This document shows, piece by piece, positions 1-12,569 of a DNA stretch of 64,000 nucleotides. Location: NCBI RefSeq assembly GCF_036321535.1, contig NC_087436.1, forward strand, positions 68,760,001-68,824,000, read 5' to 3'. The notes under the pieces were generated by a model. The model was not told the origin of the DNA, searched no databases, and saw only the letters and a list, made by a program, of their open reading frames with translations. Origin of the DNA: Camelus dromedarius (lineage: Eukaryota). A program made the translations under genes and the position numbers. Numbering within the stretch: position 1 is the stretch's first letter; the number at the start of each line of letters is the position of its first letter.

Positions 1-143
1 ATAAATATGGGAGGTGACCGACATGCTAATTAGCTGGATGAGGTGAATCTTTTCATAATGTATACATGTATCAAGTCATGACATTGTACACTTTAAATAT
101 CTTACAATTTTATTTGTCAGTCATACCACAGTAACAAAAGAAA
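1..143 (+). mobile_element. LINE-1 3' end (L1MA-type)
   Basis: tatacatgtatcaagtcatgacattgtacactttaaatatcttacaattttatttgtca is a typical L1MA 3' terminus. Confidence 0.75.
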
Positions 144-189
144 TGTTGACTCAGACCCACATCAGGGAACAAATCAAAAGTTGTACTTT

Positions 190-452
190 ATTCTCCAACT
201 TTTATGGAATAATTGACAAATACAATTGTACATATTTAAAGTATACAATATGGTGATTTGACATACATATACATTGTAGAATGATTACCAAGATCAAGAT
301 AATTAACAGTTATCACCTCACATAGTTAACTCTTCTGTGTGTGTGGGTATGTGGTGAGAATGCTTGAGATCTACTCTCAGCAACTTTCATGTATACAACA
401 CCGTATTACTAACTATAGTCACCAAGATGTACATTAGATTCTCAGAACTTGT
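190..452 (-). mobile_element. LINE-1 3' end (L1MA-type)
   Basis: Reverse-orientation L1MA terminus: aattgacaaatacaattgtacatatttaaagtatacaat...actatagtcacc. Confidence 0.8.
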
Positions 453-1720
453 TAGAAGCTGCATTTTAACAAGTGATTCATGTGCACAATGAAGTTGGAG
501 GAAAAATCCTCTCATCAAGAATACTCTGTAGAGGTAATGTAGTTCATTATGGAGGGTCCAGTCCACCTCCATAACTGACTCTGTATTACTAAATATGCCC
601 TGGAAAAGGAGTTTCTTTAGGTCCACAGAATATTCTCTAGGGTGACAGGGGTTCTAAGGATCTAGATGAGGTTTATTTAAACATCTTAAGAGAGCCCATG
701 ACACTCCAATGGCCAGAGCTGAAATGGGTGGGAGTGGGCTGATCACTCAACTCCTCTCAACTCCCATTTGCATGATTTGTGTCCTCTTGTTTAGTCCATT
801 ACTAAGAAATTAGAGGTAAATTGCCACCAATAATTTCTATTGCTGGAGTAGCTCTAAAGTAGTGACATTGCTTCAGAAAGACAACCATCCAAAGGCATTT
901 TTTCTAACAGATCTCATAGATAGAGGACTAGACTTCATTAAGAATATACATGTACTTCCAATAAGAATATAGGTTCCTTTGCTGAATCCTTCAACCAAAT
1001 TCTCAATTAAATTACTTAAGCACATTTTAATTAAAAAGAAGCATTAATTCAATATATAATGAAGTTGGGAAACACCCATAGAGGAAGCATTAACTTCCAA
1101 AATCACTTAAGTATCTGAGATAGGCCAGCTATCAATGTATATTGAACTAATTTATAACTACATTTTATTGGCCAGAGAGGTAAACTGCTGTTTTCTAAAG
1201 ATTATATTTCTGCTATCCCAGCCTGAGAGTATGCAGAATGACACGAAAATAGTGACTTTTCCTTTATGTAATAAATATAAAACTGATAATGCTTTTTTGT
1301 TATTTTTTATTATACTTTATGCTTAACCCAATCCACAATAAAGCAAGCTATTCTGGTTAGGAGAAACCATATATATGGTGCCACTAAACATAACTTACAA
1401 GTCTACTGAAATGCTACCATAGAACCAGGGCAGGAAAAATTTCCCAAAGCTGCCAAGAAAACTTTAATGAGATCAAACTTGATACAGTGTGGGTGGAATA
1501 GCACTTCTACTTCCTTCTTCTAAAAGGAGGCGAAAGCTAAACATCATTCCTAGGCCAACAGAATCAACAAAGTCTTAATCTCAACAAGAACCCACATGAG
1601 TGAACTAACAATAAAGATACCACTGTGATAGACACTGCCTTGGCAAAGAGTACAAATCATCTGAACATTTAATCTTTTTATCTTTGTAAACCATATCTAC
1701 AAAGTAATTTAAAAGCTTAC

Positions 1721-1759
1721 CTTGAGTGAGAATGTTTACTGCATCCTGGTCAGTTATTG
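1721..1759 (-). CDS. TMPRSS11D: TMPRSS11D exon 6, stem linker
   Basis: T12-aaacaacag|CAATAACTGAC...CTCAAG|gtaagc; 39 nt, phase 1-1; SITDQDAVNILTQ; same size as TMPRSS11A exon 6. Confidence 0.9.
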
Positions 1760-2027
1760 CTGTTGTTTAAAAAAAAAAAAGGAGTACGATCAAAACAAAA
1801 AGGACTGTATATCATTTTATCTTAATTTCTTAAAGAGTAGTCCTCAGTAGTCCCATATAGACTCCCAGGCTCTATCCCAGACCTGCTGAAAGAATCTCTA
1901 AGTCATAAGCCCTAGAAATATGTGTTTATAATCTTCCTCCAATTTATTGTTATGGAGGTTGAAGTTTATGCTTTCATTTCTCATCAAACTCTTAAAAGAT
2001 ACTTTAAAGTTACTGAAAAGCCCTCCA

Positions 2028-2089
2028 CTGGAATTTGACACAACATTGTAAAATGACTATAACTCAATAAAAAAAGTTAAAAAAAAAAA
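2028..2089 (+). mobile_element. Very short young LINE-1 3' end with poly(A)
   Basis: ctggaatttgacacaacattgtaaatgactataactcaataaaaaa plus A-tail; close to the reverse complement of 55945-55990. Confidence 0.75.
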
Positions 2090-2259
2090 GCTATCCATGC
2101 TTTCAAGTCTCTCAGTTTACTTGGAAAAGCAGAAACATAAGCAAAGTCATTGAGATACGATGTAATAAATGCTATAAGATAACTTTTCACTTATTTTACT
2201 ATGTATGTATGTCCACGTAGCTGTATCTGTATTATTCTACTGGTATTATTCATAGTACT

Positions 2260-3150
2260 GTAGGTATAACAGTGAGCAAAATACTAGGGGTCTGCCCTTA
2301 CATACTCTACAGATAGAAATTAATATAGGAATCATTCAAATAAATTTAAGTGCAAAGTAGAGAGGAGAAGAGAGAGGGTCACTAATGCTATCTTATTCAC
2401 AGAAGTTATCACAGTGAAAATAACATTTAAGCTGTATTTTGAAGACCTAAGAGGAATTTTTCAGGCAGACAAGAAGCGAAAAGGCATTCCATGTGGAAGG
2501 CATAGTGGGCACAAATGCATGAAAGTGTAAGATGTTTGTGGAGCAGTAAAGTCAGGAGAGCGAATACAATTGTTGTGTGTAGGGAAGTGGTGGGAGAACA
2601 CAGAAAGGAAAATATGTTAGTACTGGATAGTAAAGGTCCATCTACTAAAGTTTAAGATCAGCTTATGGAAGAACAATTTTCTTTGCATGTCCAACAGCCA
2701 TCTGAAACTCAGTGTCGCCAAATTTTATCCCAAATTTGCTACTTTTATTTCCTCCTTTAGTAAATGACATCACTTCCACCAATAGCTAGAAGTCTGAAAT
2801 GGCCTCTTAACTCCTCCTTTCTCATCATTTCCACATCTACTTGGTTTCTAAATTTTGTACCTTCTAGCTTCTAACTATCCATTGAATTAGCCCCATCTTC
2901 CCCATCCCTTTGGCTACCACTTTTGTTCATGCTTTCATCATTTGACACCTATACTATTATAATGACCTTCAAACTGGGTTTCCTGCCTCCACTTTTTACT
3001 TGTCAATGCATCCACCTCTGCTTTATCAGACTGACATTTCCAAAAATGTAGATACCAGATTATATCCTTCTCTGCTTGAAATCTTTTAATGAGAAATCAG
3101 CTTCTTATTTCCTATAAGGTAAATCTAAACCTCTCAGAAAGGTTTTCATG
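2260..3150. mobile_element. L2 LINE fragments (both orientations)
   Basis: L2-like motifs such as ggcattccatgtggaagggcatagtgggcacaaatgcatg and actgggtttcctgcctccact. Confidence 0.6.
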
Positions 3151-3829
3151 CCCTCTAAAATCAATTTATGCAAACTTACTTGCTGCCAGAAGTTTCACAG
3201 TATTTGAGTATCACATCTGCTTTGTAAGTCTTAAAGGAACCAAAACATCCTTTTAGAGACATGGAATAAAAAGAGCTGACCATTCCTTCTCATTCTTTGA
3301 ACAAAGGAGACTTTAGTTCAGTACTGACTCCCCTTCATGCTGACTGTATGACACTGGGCAATTATCTGTCTTTTTTGAGTGGGCACAATGAGAGGATCTA
3401 TAATATGTGGTTCTTTTAAGAATTAAACAGACTGTAATACATGAGCATCATCCAGTCAGGAAGGACCCATGGAGCTGGAACGGTGTCTTGGAAGTCCTTG
3501 CTGTGCTAAGCATTAACTCTGTAATTGTAGGGGGAGGAGCTGGGAGTACAGAGTAGGGATGGGAGAATTTGGAGGAGCTGGGGATGCAACTTTGTGGGCC
3601 TGGTGCAGTGATTGTTTACCAACAGGTAGGAAAGCATTTCAGTATTTTAACAACTTGTAAAGCTGTAATAGATACATGCTAATTGAATACCAGCTCAGTG
3701 TGGGAGCCACAAAATCCCTTAATCTTGTGCTTATTGTGAAGCAATCATAGTTTGTTAGGCAACCAGTACATGACACAGTTGGAGGAGTGTCCTTAAATTC
3801 TATTAAGTAATTCCTTTTTAAAAGTTATA

Positions 3830-4660
3830 TAATAAATATTAGTGGAGTACCTATCATGTGGTAATACTGGGAAGGAGAAGGACAAAAGGATGAACAAGGC
3901 AGACTGGTTCTTGCCTTTAGAAAACTTAGAGTAGAATGAAAATGATAAAAATCTGAAGTAATTTTGTAGTTTCAATTGTGGTAAGTGCTGTGAAGGAAAA
4001 TGGAGGAGTCTATGACAGAGGTATACAAATTAGTAATGGAAGTTAGAAAAGGCTTACATTAGAAAGAAATGATTCAGATGAGACTTGACAGATGCAAAGG
4101 GGTGATCTAGGGAGTGTTATATGAAACTGGAACAATGTATGTAAAAGCCCTGAGGCAGGAAAGAATTTTGGCAGGTGGAGAAAGTGAAGGTGTCGCCAGA
4201 GAATTGTGAAAGAAGAAGAGAATGATGTAATAAATGGCTGGAGGGGTAAATATGAGCCAGATTATACAGTACTTTAGATGAGATGACCATATTATTTATT
4301 GTCCAAACCAGGACAGGTAAAGGGCAATTGATGTGAACCAGAACTGCCCTAGGCAAACCAAGAAACATGGCATTCTGCTTATAGGTGGCATTTTTGCTTT
4401 GTTTTTGTTTTTGTTTTGTTTTTTGGGAAGCATGGGAGGCTTTTAAGCCAGATTGTATTTATATTTTAAAATATTTCCTTAATCAATATGTGGACAATAC
4501 ATTGGAAAAGGCCAACAAAGCATAGGGAAGTAGCATGGAGGCTAGTGCAGTAGTTCATGCAAGAAATGAATGTTGGCTTGGGCCAATTTTGACAGCAATA
4601 GGAATGCAAAACAATGGAAATAGATTCCATTCCAGGCAGAAGTAGAGAGGATTTTCAGAG
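3830..4660 (-). mobile_element. L2 fragment with nested MER94-like hAT element (about 4282-4380)
   Basis: L2 motifs flanking gatgaccatattatttattgtccaaaccaggaca...gccctaggcaaaccaagaaacatgg. Confidence 0.6.
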
Positions 4661-5093
4661 AGGAGATTGGGGTATTTTAAAATATTCTAATTTCTTTCTT
4701 TATTTCATAAGTATTTGCTAGACACCTTCCAATTGCATGCTCTGTTCTGAGTGAGGTGGATCCTTAATTAAATTGTCCTCTGACCTTGAGCAGCTATTTA
4801 ACACTCTTACAACATACCTACATACTGAACATCTGACAACATCCCCGTGATCAGAGGAAAAATAATAAAGAATTTTTAGCAAATTAAACTTCCTATTTGA
4901 ATGCTAAATGATTCTTTAAACTTTAGAATGTTTTATATTAGAGAGCTGTATATTATATCTAGGTTTATAGTAAGTTGCTTTCATAAAGTTTAATTCAAAG
5001 AAAAAAGTCATTTTCTCATTCAATTAAAACATGAATTAGAACAGGTAAAGGGATATACTGAAATGAAATAGTGTGTTAAAAAATTATACTTAC

Positions 5094-5251
5094 ATGTTAT
5101 CTCAGTTGAAGGGTTTATTGCCAGGCTTCCAGAGTTATTCAGTATTTGCTGTAAAACAGACTCAATTCTACTTTTCATTGATGCTCCATTGTTTTTTCTG
5201 GTGAATTTAAATTTCATGACAATGTCTGCTATCACATCACTACCACTTTGC
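5094..5251 (-). CDS. TMPRSS11D: TMPRSS11D exon 5, SEA domain end
   Basis: tttcag|GCAAAGT...ATAACAT|gtaagt; 158 nt; lies inside ORF 5020..5280; QSGSDVIADIVMKFKFTRKNNGASMKSRIESVLQQILNNSGSLAINPSTEIT. Confidence 0.95.
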
Positions 5252-5454
5252 CTGAAAAACCATATTTTTAGAAATGTCAATTATGATAATTTTCTGCTAT
5301 TCTCTATGTATTTTTATTGATAAGCATTAAAAAATTTACTTGAGATATTTAACTTTAGGACAGATTCACATAACAATGTTTGCATATGTAATGATATATC
5401 ACAATGCTATCCCACAAATACTTGATTTCAATGCATAGTACACTGTACCACCAT

Positions 5455-5615
5455 TCAGAACAGTTTCCTTTGAAGTCTGAATGTCAGACTTTGAATGCCA
5501 GCTCCGGCTCTGCCATTTACTGTTGGACTTTGAGTAAGTGTTTTTTTTTTCTTAAATCTTTCCATATCTGTCTCTTTACATTAAAATGGGTTGTTATGAA
5601 GATTATTTGAGAGAA
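5455..5615 (+). mobile_element. MIR SINE
   Basis: MIR core ttgaatgccagctccggctctgccatttactgttggactttgagtaagtg...taaaatggg. Confidence 0.65.
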
Positions 5616-5629
5616 AATAGCTTTCAACT

Positions 5630-7095
5630 TAGAATTTTATATCCACACTAAAGCATTATTCAAGAATAAGGCTAAAATAAGGACATTTATCACATCAAAG
5701 CAAAATTAGAAAATATAGTTTATTATTCATGTACTCTTGTGAAAGAATTTATAAAGGATGTACTTCAGTAAGAAGGAAATTGAACCCAGAAGGAGGGTAT
5801 TAGGTACAAGGAGAAATAGGAAACAAAGAAAATGGTAAACTGGTAATCCAAAAAGACATTGACAGTATAATTATAATGACTTATTTGCAGGCATTACAAA
5901 TAAGGTGGAATTGAAATATCAATAATACACGAATGTATTCATGTATTATTGAATGAATAAGAGTCCCAAGTTCCCTGTATTATTTGGAAGAGGGTAGTGG
6001 ATTAAACAAACTTTCCTTGTTTAAATTTTCAAGAGTAATCACTAAAATAAAATAAACGGAATGTAGAACTTCTAAATTAGTAAAAGGAAAAAAGAAAATG
6101 AAGAAAATGCAATCACATGAGAGAAGGCAAGACAGTAGAAGAAAGCAATAGAAAAAGCAGGGTAGAGAATACAAGAGAATATAGAAAAAATAAATCCAAA
6201 TGTAACAGTCATCAGAATAAGTGGAAACTGTCTAGACTCTCTAGTTAAAGGCAAAGATCATCAGAATGCATTGGAAAATATAATCTATCTGTCTTCCTGT
6301 TTTAGGAGAAATAGCTAACCTGTAAGGATATATGAATGTTAAAAATGATGGAAAGATATATTGGAAAAAAAACACAAGAAAGTCAATGTAGCATAATAAT
6401 ATCAGACATTAGAGATTATAAAATTGAAAAACATTAATTAGGAATGAAAAGGATTAATACCTTGATAAAAGAAATAATTCATGAGGCAGATATAACGATT
6501 CTAAACATATAGGCACTTGATAATATGTGCTCAAAGTGTACTGAACAAGGAGAAATAGACAAATCCATAGTAGTAGGTTTTATTTGAATGACATAGGAAT
6601 TAAGCTTAATGGAAATGAACAGAATTCCTATTATTGTCTAATAGGAACCCAGAAACAGACTCATAAGACATATGTAAACAGTGTATCATAGAAGCGTCAT
6701 TGCTAATCTAAAGGAAAATAACTCATATGTAAAGTATTAAATCTCTGCCTGGTACCACACACAAAGTACTTGAATATGAACCAGCAGCAATTTAAAATTT
6801 ACAGATTTATGGAAGAATGTCTTTATATACACAAGGAAAAAGGATTTCTTAAATAAGACATTTTGCAACTGATTTTCTACAGCAAAAGATGCCATAAACA
6901 AAGTGTAAAGATATACTGTAGTCAGAGAGAATATATTTGCAACTCAAAGCAACAAATATTTGGTACCTACTATTAACACAGAACTCCAAATCAATGAGAA
7001 AAAGACAAATAATGAAAAGAAAAACCAGAAAAGATACGAATATGCAGTTCAAAGAAGAGGGATGTTTAGTGAATGATAAACACATAAATAGATGT
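5630..7095 (+). mobile_element. Ancient LINE-1 remnant (ORF1 end, ORF2 endonuclease and later fragments)
   Basis: agaattttatatccacactaaagcattattcaagaat resembles ORF1 RILYPAKLSFK; ataataatatcagac resembles EN ILISD; A-rich with many stops. Confidence 0.7.
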
Positions 7096-7289
7096 TCAGA
7101 CAGGACTGTTTTACTCCTAATTTATTTGCTTTTCATAACAACTCTATCAAAGAGTCATGTCCGGTCCTCTTGGGAACTGTGAATAACAAAATGTCTTCTC
7201 AGAAGTCATCATCTCCTGATTTGTTGGCTTTACTGTACCTCAAATTTTCTATTAACGCAGTATATTTTAAAACAGAAGGGGAAGGGGGA

Positions 7290-8210
7290 GAAAGTAGTGT
7301 GTGTGTATGTGTATTTCAGGCAGAGAAAATAGTTCATATATGAAGATCTTGAGGTTAGAGAGAGTGTTGAGAGTGAAGAAACTGAAAGCAGTCTAGTGGG
7401 ACTGGTGAGTAAAGAACAAAGTGGAAAGTGGTAAAAGACTAGCTCAGAAATAGAGATGGTAGGAGAAAATGCAATATAGGGAGGTTTAGTAAAGTTTTGT
7501 TTTATATATATATTCTCAAGGAAACATATATATATATGTATGAAGAATACATGTATCTTTGATGCATATATATTATACATATACACATAATTCTTATTTA
7601 TATATGATATTTGATATATCATAAGGGTAAGGAGTGACCATTAGAAGAATTTTAACTAAGCGAATAATATGTTTAGCTTCTTGTTTCAAAAACTCTTTCT
7701 TTCTGCTGTAGAATGTGGAGTGGAGCAAGATTGGAGGAAAGGAAACTCATCAGGAGGCTGTGGGTAGTCCAGGAGAGAGATGGTTGAGGTTACTGTGTTA
7801 GAAGTTATGGCTCTTAGACATATGTAAGAAATAGAATTGTGGAGATTAGATGATTGGATGTGTGGGTTGAAAGGGAGGCAGGAATTAAAGATAACTTTTA
7901 TATTTCTTGCTTGAGTAACTATTTGAAGGTGACACCATTAACAGAGGCAGGCAACACTAGAAGAGTAACATATTTGGTCGGAGAGAGATGCTAGGTTCAG
8001 GTCTGGACATATGAAAGTTGAATGGTCTGCAAGATATCCATATAATGATATCAAGTACATAGCTGTGTATATTCGTGTCTAGAGATGAGAAAAGTAGACT
8101 GGCCTGAAGATGCAACTTTGAGAATATTAGCATATAGGCAGCAGTGAAGCCCCTGAAAGCAGTAAGTGGGAAGTAAACAAAAAGAGAAAAATGCAGATGG
8201 CGCATTCAGT
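7290..8210 (-). mobile_element. L2 fragment containing a TA-rich low-complexity tract (7500-7622)
   Basis: L2 motifs tagatgattggatgtgtggg, ggacatatgaaagttgaatggtctg. Confidence 0.65.
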
Positions 8211-9151
8211 TCTACCACTATTGTGAACTGGTGACTGGAACAGAGACTTTACCACGAAAGTGCTAAGATGAATCTGCACGGAACTGACTGAAATACATTT
8301 TGGAAAATACTCTTCCCATGTATTCTTCTTACTCCTTGAATTCCTCAGCATATCTTATCTGACCAGAGCTCTATACTTCTGGGTACTTAAGTAGTGACTC
8401 TACTGAGAAAAAGAAAAATTAATTTTCTTGTGTAGTTAGTGTTTGAGAAAGAATTAGTATAACTTATCTCTCTTCTGAAGAACTTTTGTATGTTACTTGA
8501 TGGATTGAGCAATGTGGACATTTGGGGCATTAGTGGTAGGGTCCATAAGAGTAGCTGTTTTAGTTGGGAGAGCTATCACATCACATCACAAGGATAGGTC
8601 CATATTCAGCTAAAGTAGGAACAGCAAATAACTAGCATGTATGCTGCAACTTCCCCTATTATTAATTCATGACAGACATGTCTGGATTTGGCCACAGCAC
8701 CCTTTATATTAATAGTATTCCAGGCAGACAAAAACCAAAAAGCTGCTTTTGATGTTGGCTTAGTGGTCTGATCTTGGATGAGCATGCCCAGGACATTGCA
8801 CTGCACATCTCTTGGGGCATTGTTTACATGGACTGCATTGTGAACAGTATCTCCAGTATTTATATAATATAATAGCCCTGTTACTGTACCTTCACCCAAC
8901 CATCTCTCTACCCTTTCCTCCTTTTCCTGCCAAGAACTGAAGCAATGTGTTTATTTACATTAGTAGGTATATAGACCATATGTGGCATGTTTTGTTTTTG
9001 TTTTGGCATTGTTTAAAGCTGCCCATGATACTATTTTCATGATACTGCAACACATTGTGTGAACATCTCATTCACTCTCCATGCTGTGAACAAAGTCAAA
9101 CGCACCAAATTGTATCTATGCTTATATATGTTTGGATGTAGTTTTACTCAC

Positions 9152-9219
9152 CTCAGTTTGGCAACATGAGCTCTGACGAACTGATTTCTTAAATTTGACT
9201 CTCTGAATGTTTTAGAAAT
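9152..9219 (-). CDS. TMPRSS11D: TMPRSS11D exon 4, SEA domain
   Basis: ctacag|ATTTCT...AAACTGAG|gtgagt; 68 nt; ISKTFRESNLRNQFVRAHVAKLR. Confidence 0.95.
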
Positions 9220-11199
9220 CTGTAGAAAGAAAGGAAAAAACCTCTCTAATTACAGTCTTTCTCTCCTTCCTCTTTCTACCCTAACTTGCAACATAGAACT
9301 GTATTAATGAGGAACAGAGACTAAAGTTTTGAGTTCAGTTCTGTTTAGTTCAGTTCCATCTCAGAACACATGGGATCGATTAAGTCAGGTTATGTAGCCT
9401 TCTGATGCAGTGCCTGTTTCTTCATTTATTACACAAAGATAGTAATGGACAAGATACTCTTCACTAGAAGCCATTCTAAACATAGCAGATGTTTTACTCA
9501 ATGAGAGCCCATGTTATGTGATTTGTTGGCTGTTCCCAAGGTGGGTTGGGCCAACACTAGGGGAGTCCACTGATGCAGTGTGTGATCCTGCAACAACTGT
9601 TCTTAAATGGGTAAAACTAGATTAAAATGAACAGCAATGGAGAGCTTTATGAAAAAAGAAGAGAAGTAATCTTGATCTTTTTCTTGTTTCTGATTAATGC
9701 CTAAGCAAGCATCATAGGTTATTTTTAGCATCAATTGGTATTTTTTGAATTAACCTTAACTTTCCCATTTTATTATTGCTCAGTGCCAGCAAGGACGGTC
9801 TTCTTGAGGTATAACATTTAGCTTCACAGTGAACTAGCAGTTGTTCTGTGACTGGAATAGTTACCCCCAAGATGTGGGTGAGATGTACTGAACTTTCATA
9901 ATGGGGAGTAGATTCCATTGGCTTGTACTGTGAGATTGTACCAGGTGTAGGTGAACATGAAAAGGTGAAGATGGGGAAATTAAGTTGCATGCTGAATATT
10001 ATATTAAGCCAGGATTTGAAGCCAACTGGTCTTGAATTGTAAAGTTTATGCAATGTCTATTGCATCATGTTATATCTTATTTTTTCAATATCTGTTCCGT
10101 TAAGCTGATATCGCACCAACCAGTTGTTAGACAAAATGATAAAATTTTTTCTTTCTAGAGGCTTTAAACATTTTTAAGAATTATGAGGCTATTAGTTTTA
10201 GCAAAATAATTTATATTTCTTTTTTAAAAATTCAAGAAATATTAGTATTAAGAAGAAAGCAAAAAGTCACTCAAAATTTTATGATCTAAATCTATAGAAT
10301 TATAGAATCAGTCATTTGGTGAGCTATATTCTAGTTAACTATGTAGAAGGGTGGATTTTAATGTTTACTACTGTGGTATATTGTAGGAGGTATTTTGATA
10401 AACTGATCTAGCTTTAATTTTACTTGACTGTAACAGAAGTAAAAGGAACTGAACCTAAAACTTAAGGAATTGCTAAAATTTGGGTAAACATTTCTTGTAA
10501 TTATATTTTAATTCATGATCTGGTATTGCACTGACACAAGCTAGACTGGACCAAAGTGCTAAAAATCCACTTTAATTGTTACATTTTTGTTATGTGGAAA
10601 ATATTGTGAGGACTAAGATAATAAGCCTAAGAAAAGCAAGTTAATTAATTGATTGATATCCATATATAGGGATAAAAGAAGAAGGCTATGGATAAGATCC
10701 CATATTTCACAGAGTGGGTGAAAATTCTAAACTCTTTCAGAGGAACTTGACAAACACTTGGTAGAAAATCAGTGAACAGTTGCTTGAAGAGGAAGCCAAT
10801 AGTATAGTGGAAAGGGCAGTAGACAGGACACAGAGGTAAGTTAGTTTGTTATGAGAACTTGAATGAATCTTGTAACCTTTCTTCCTCTCGATTTCTTCAG
10901 AAGTGATCTGTACATAGTTGGCTACTGCAGCTCTCAGAGGCTACACATCTGCTTCCTTTACCTGCAACCTTTTGGCCTTTTCCCTCCCTTCAAAATTAGT
11001 ACTTGTTTAATGGGTCAGATGAGTTTACTTTCACACTTCTTTGATTTTGTAACCTGTACTATTGACCCTTTTATTACAAGGGACAAAAATCAAAAAAACA
11101 ATGAAAAGAATTATTTTATATTTCTCTCCTGATTAAGGGTGGTAATTGTATCTTTGAATTTTATAGTAGTCTAGAATCCTCAAACCTCAGTAATATTCA

Positions 11200-12045
11200 T
11201 GGAAAAAAAAAAGCTTCAGTGGTGGAGTGAATAACACATGCAAAGTCCTGAGGTGGGAATAAGTAGATTGTGTTTAAGGCCAGTGCAGTTGTTTTACAGA
11301 AAGCAAGGAGGCTAGAATGATAGAAAGGCCAGACCATGAAAGTCTTGCATTTGGTCTTTAACATAAATAATGGGAAGTCACTGAAATGTTTTAAACAAGA
11401 GGACAGTAAAGTCAGATACTGCATATGGCTAATCAATTTTAGGTACAAAATAATCCAAATTACTTATGGTGCTATTTTAGTACTTCACTGTAGAAGTGAT
11501 GGCTTAGATGGACGTGGTGGTAGCAGATATGGAGAGAAATGAATGGATTTGAGGGAAATACAGGAGATAAAACCTATAGTGGCTGGTAATGGATGGGATA
11601 TTTGGAATGACAGAGTAGTTTGTCAAGGATGAATTTGGAAAACTGAAAACAGTATTGTCATTATGGGGATAGGATTATTGGAAGAAGGCTAGTATGGCAT
11701 GGGGAGATCATGAATTTGATTTGGGGGCGTAATATACTTGAGATGCTTTTAAAACAGCCAAGTTGAGATATTAAGCTGACATTTAAGTGAAAAGGTCTGA
11801 AGTACAGAGGAAAAGTTTGGGCTGGAAACAGAATGAGTCATTAGTTTGTAAGTGTTGGCAGAAGTAATGGTTATGGGTGAGATCATCTAGAGATAGAAAA
11901 CAGTGTGAAATAATAGGAGGCTGTAGGTCAAAGCATTGAGGAATTTCAACATTTAATGTCAGTATAGAGGAGGATGAGCCTATAAAGGACACAGAGATAA
12001 AGGAGTGGCCAGAGAAGTAGGTTAAGAAAAGCAGGTGAATAGGTG
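11200..12045 (-). mobile_element. L2 fragment
   Basis: aatgggaagtcactgaaatgttttaaacaag, ggatttgagggaaatacaggagataaaa. Confidence 0.7.
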
Positions 12046-12089
12046 GCCTGGATACCTTGCATGAAACTCATATAACCATGGAATTTTTG

Positions 12090-12490
12090 AGTTAGAATGT
12101 ACTATAAAATCATCTAGCCCAGTGATTTTATTTTACTAATGAATAAACTGAAGACCAGAAAGGAGAAGTGAAGTGCTCAATATGATAGATGTTTCTGGGA
12201 CTATTCCACCACTCATTAAGTATAACAGTGTTGACTATGGGACAAGGATCATGATGGTACTCATGTTACCACTGGTAAATGGTATGATTCTTGGATTTGA
12301 AGTCAGGAGACCTTGGTTTGAATTTTAGATCGACTGCTTTCCAGTTGAATAGCCTTCGACATGTTTCTTAATCTCACAATCTTTACCCATCTATAAAAAT
12401 AATATGCCCATTATGAATTGAAGTTTAGATAATATACGTAAAACTCCTTTGTAAACTATAAAGCACTATATTAGAGTATTATTCATACAA
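12090..12490. mobile_element. Two MIR fragments
   Basis: ttttactaatgaataaactgaagaccagaaag and tttgaagtcaggagaccttggtttgaatttt. Confidence 0.6.
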
Positions 12491-12569
12491 TGATTTAGAT
12501 GTTCAAAGTGTTCTGCAGAAGGATGAATAAATGAGATTAACTATGGAAATCATACATCAGAAAAATTTT

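Noticed and set aside
7230..7622. 130-aa ORF
   Set aside because: Low-complexity translation of a TA-rich tract and L2 sequence
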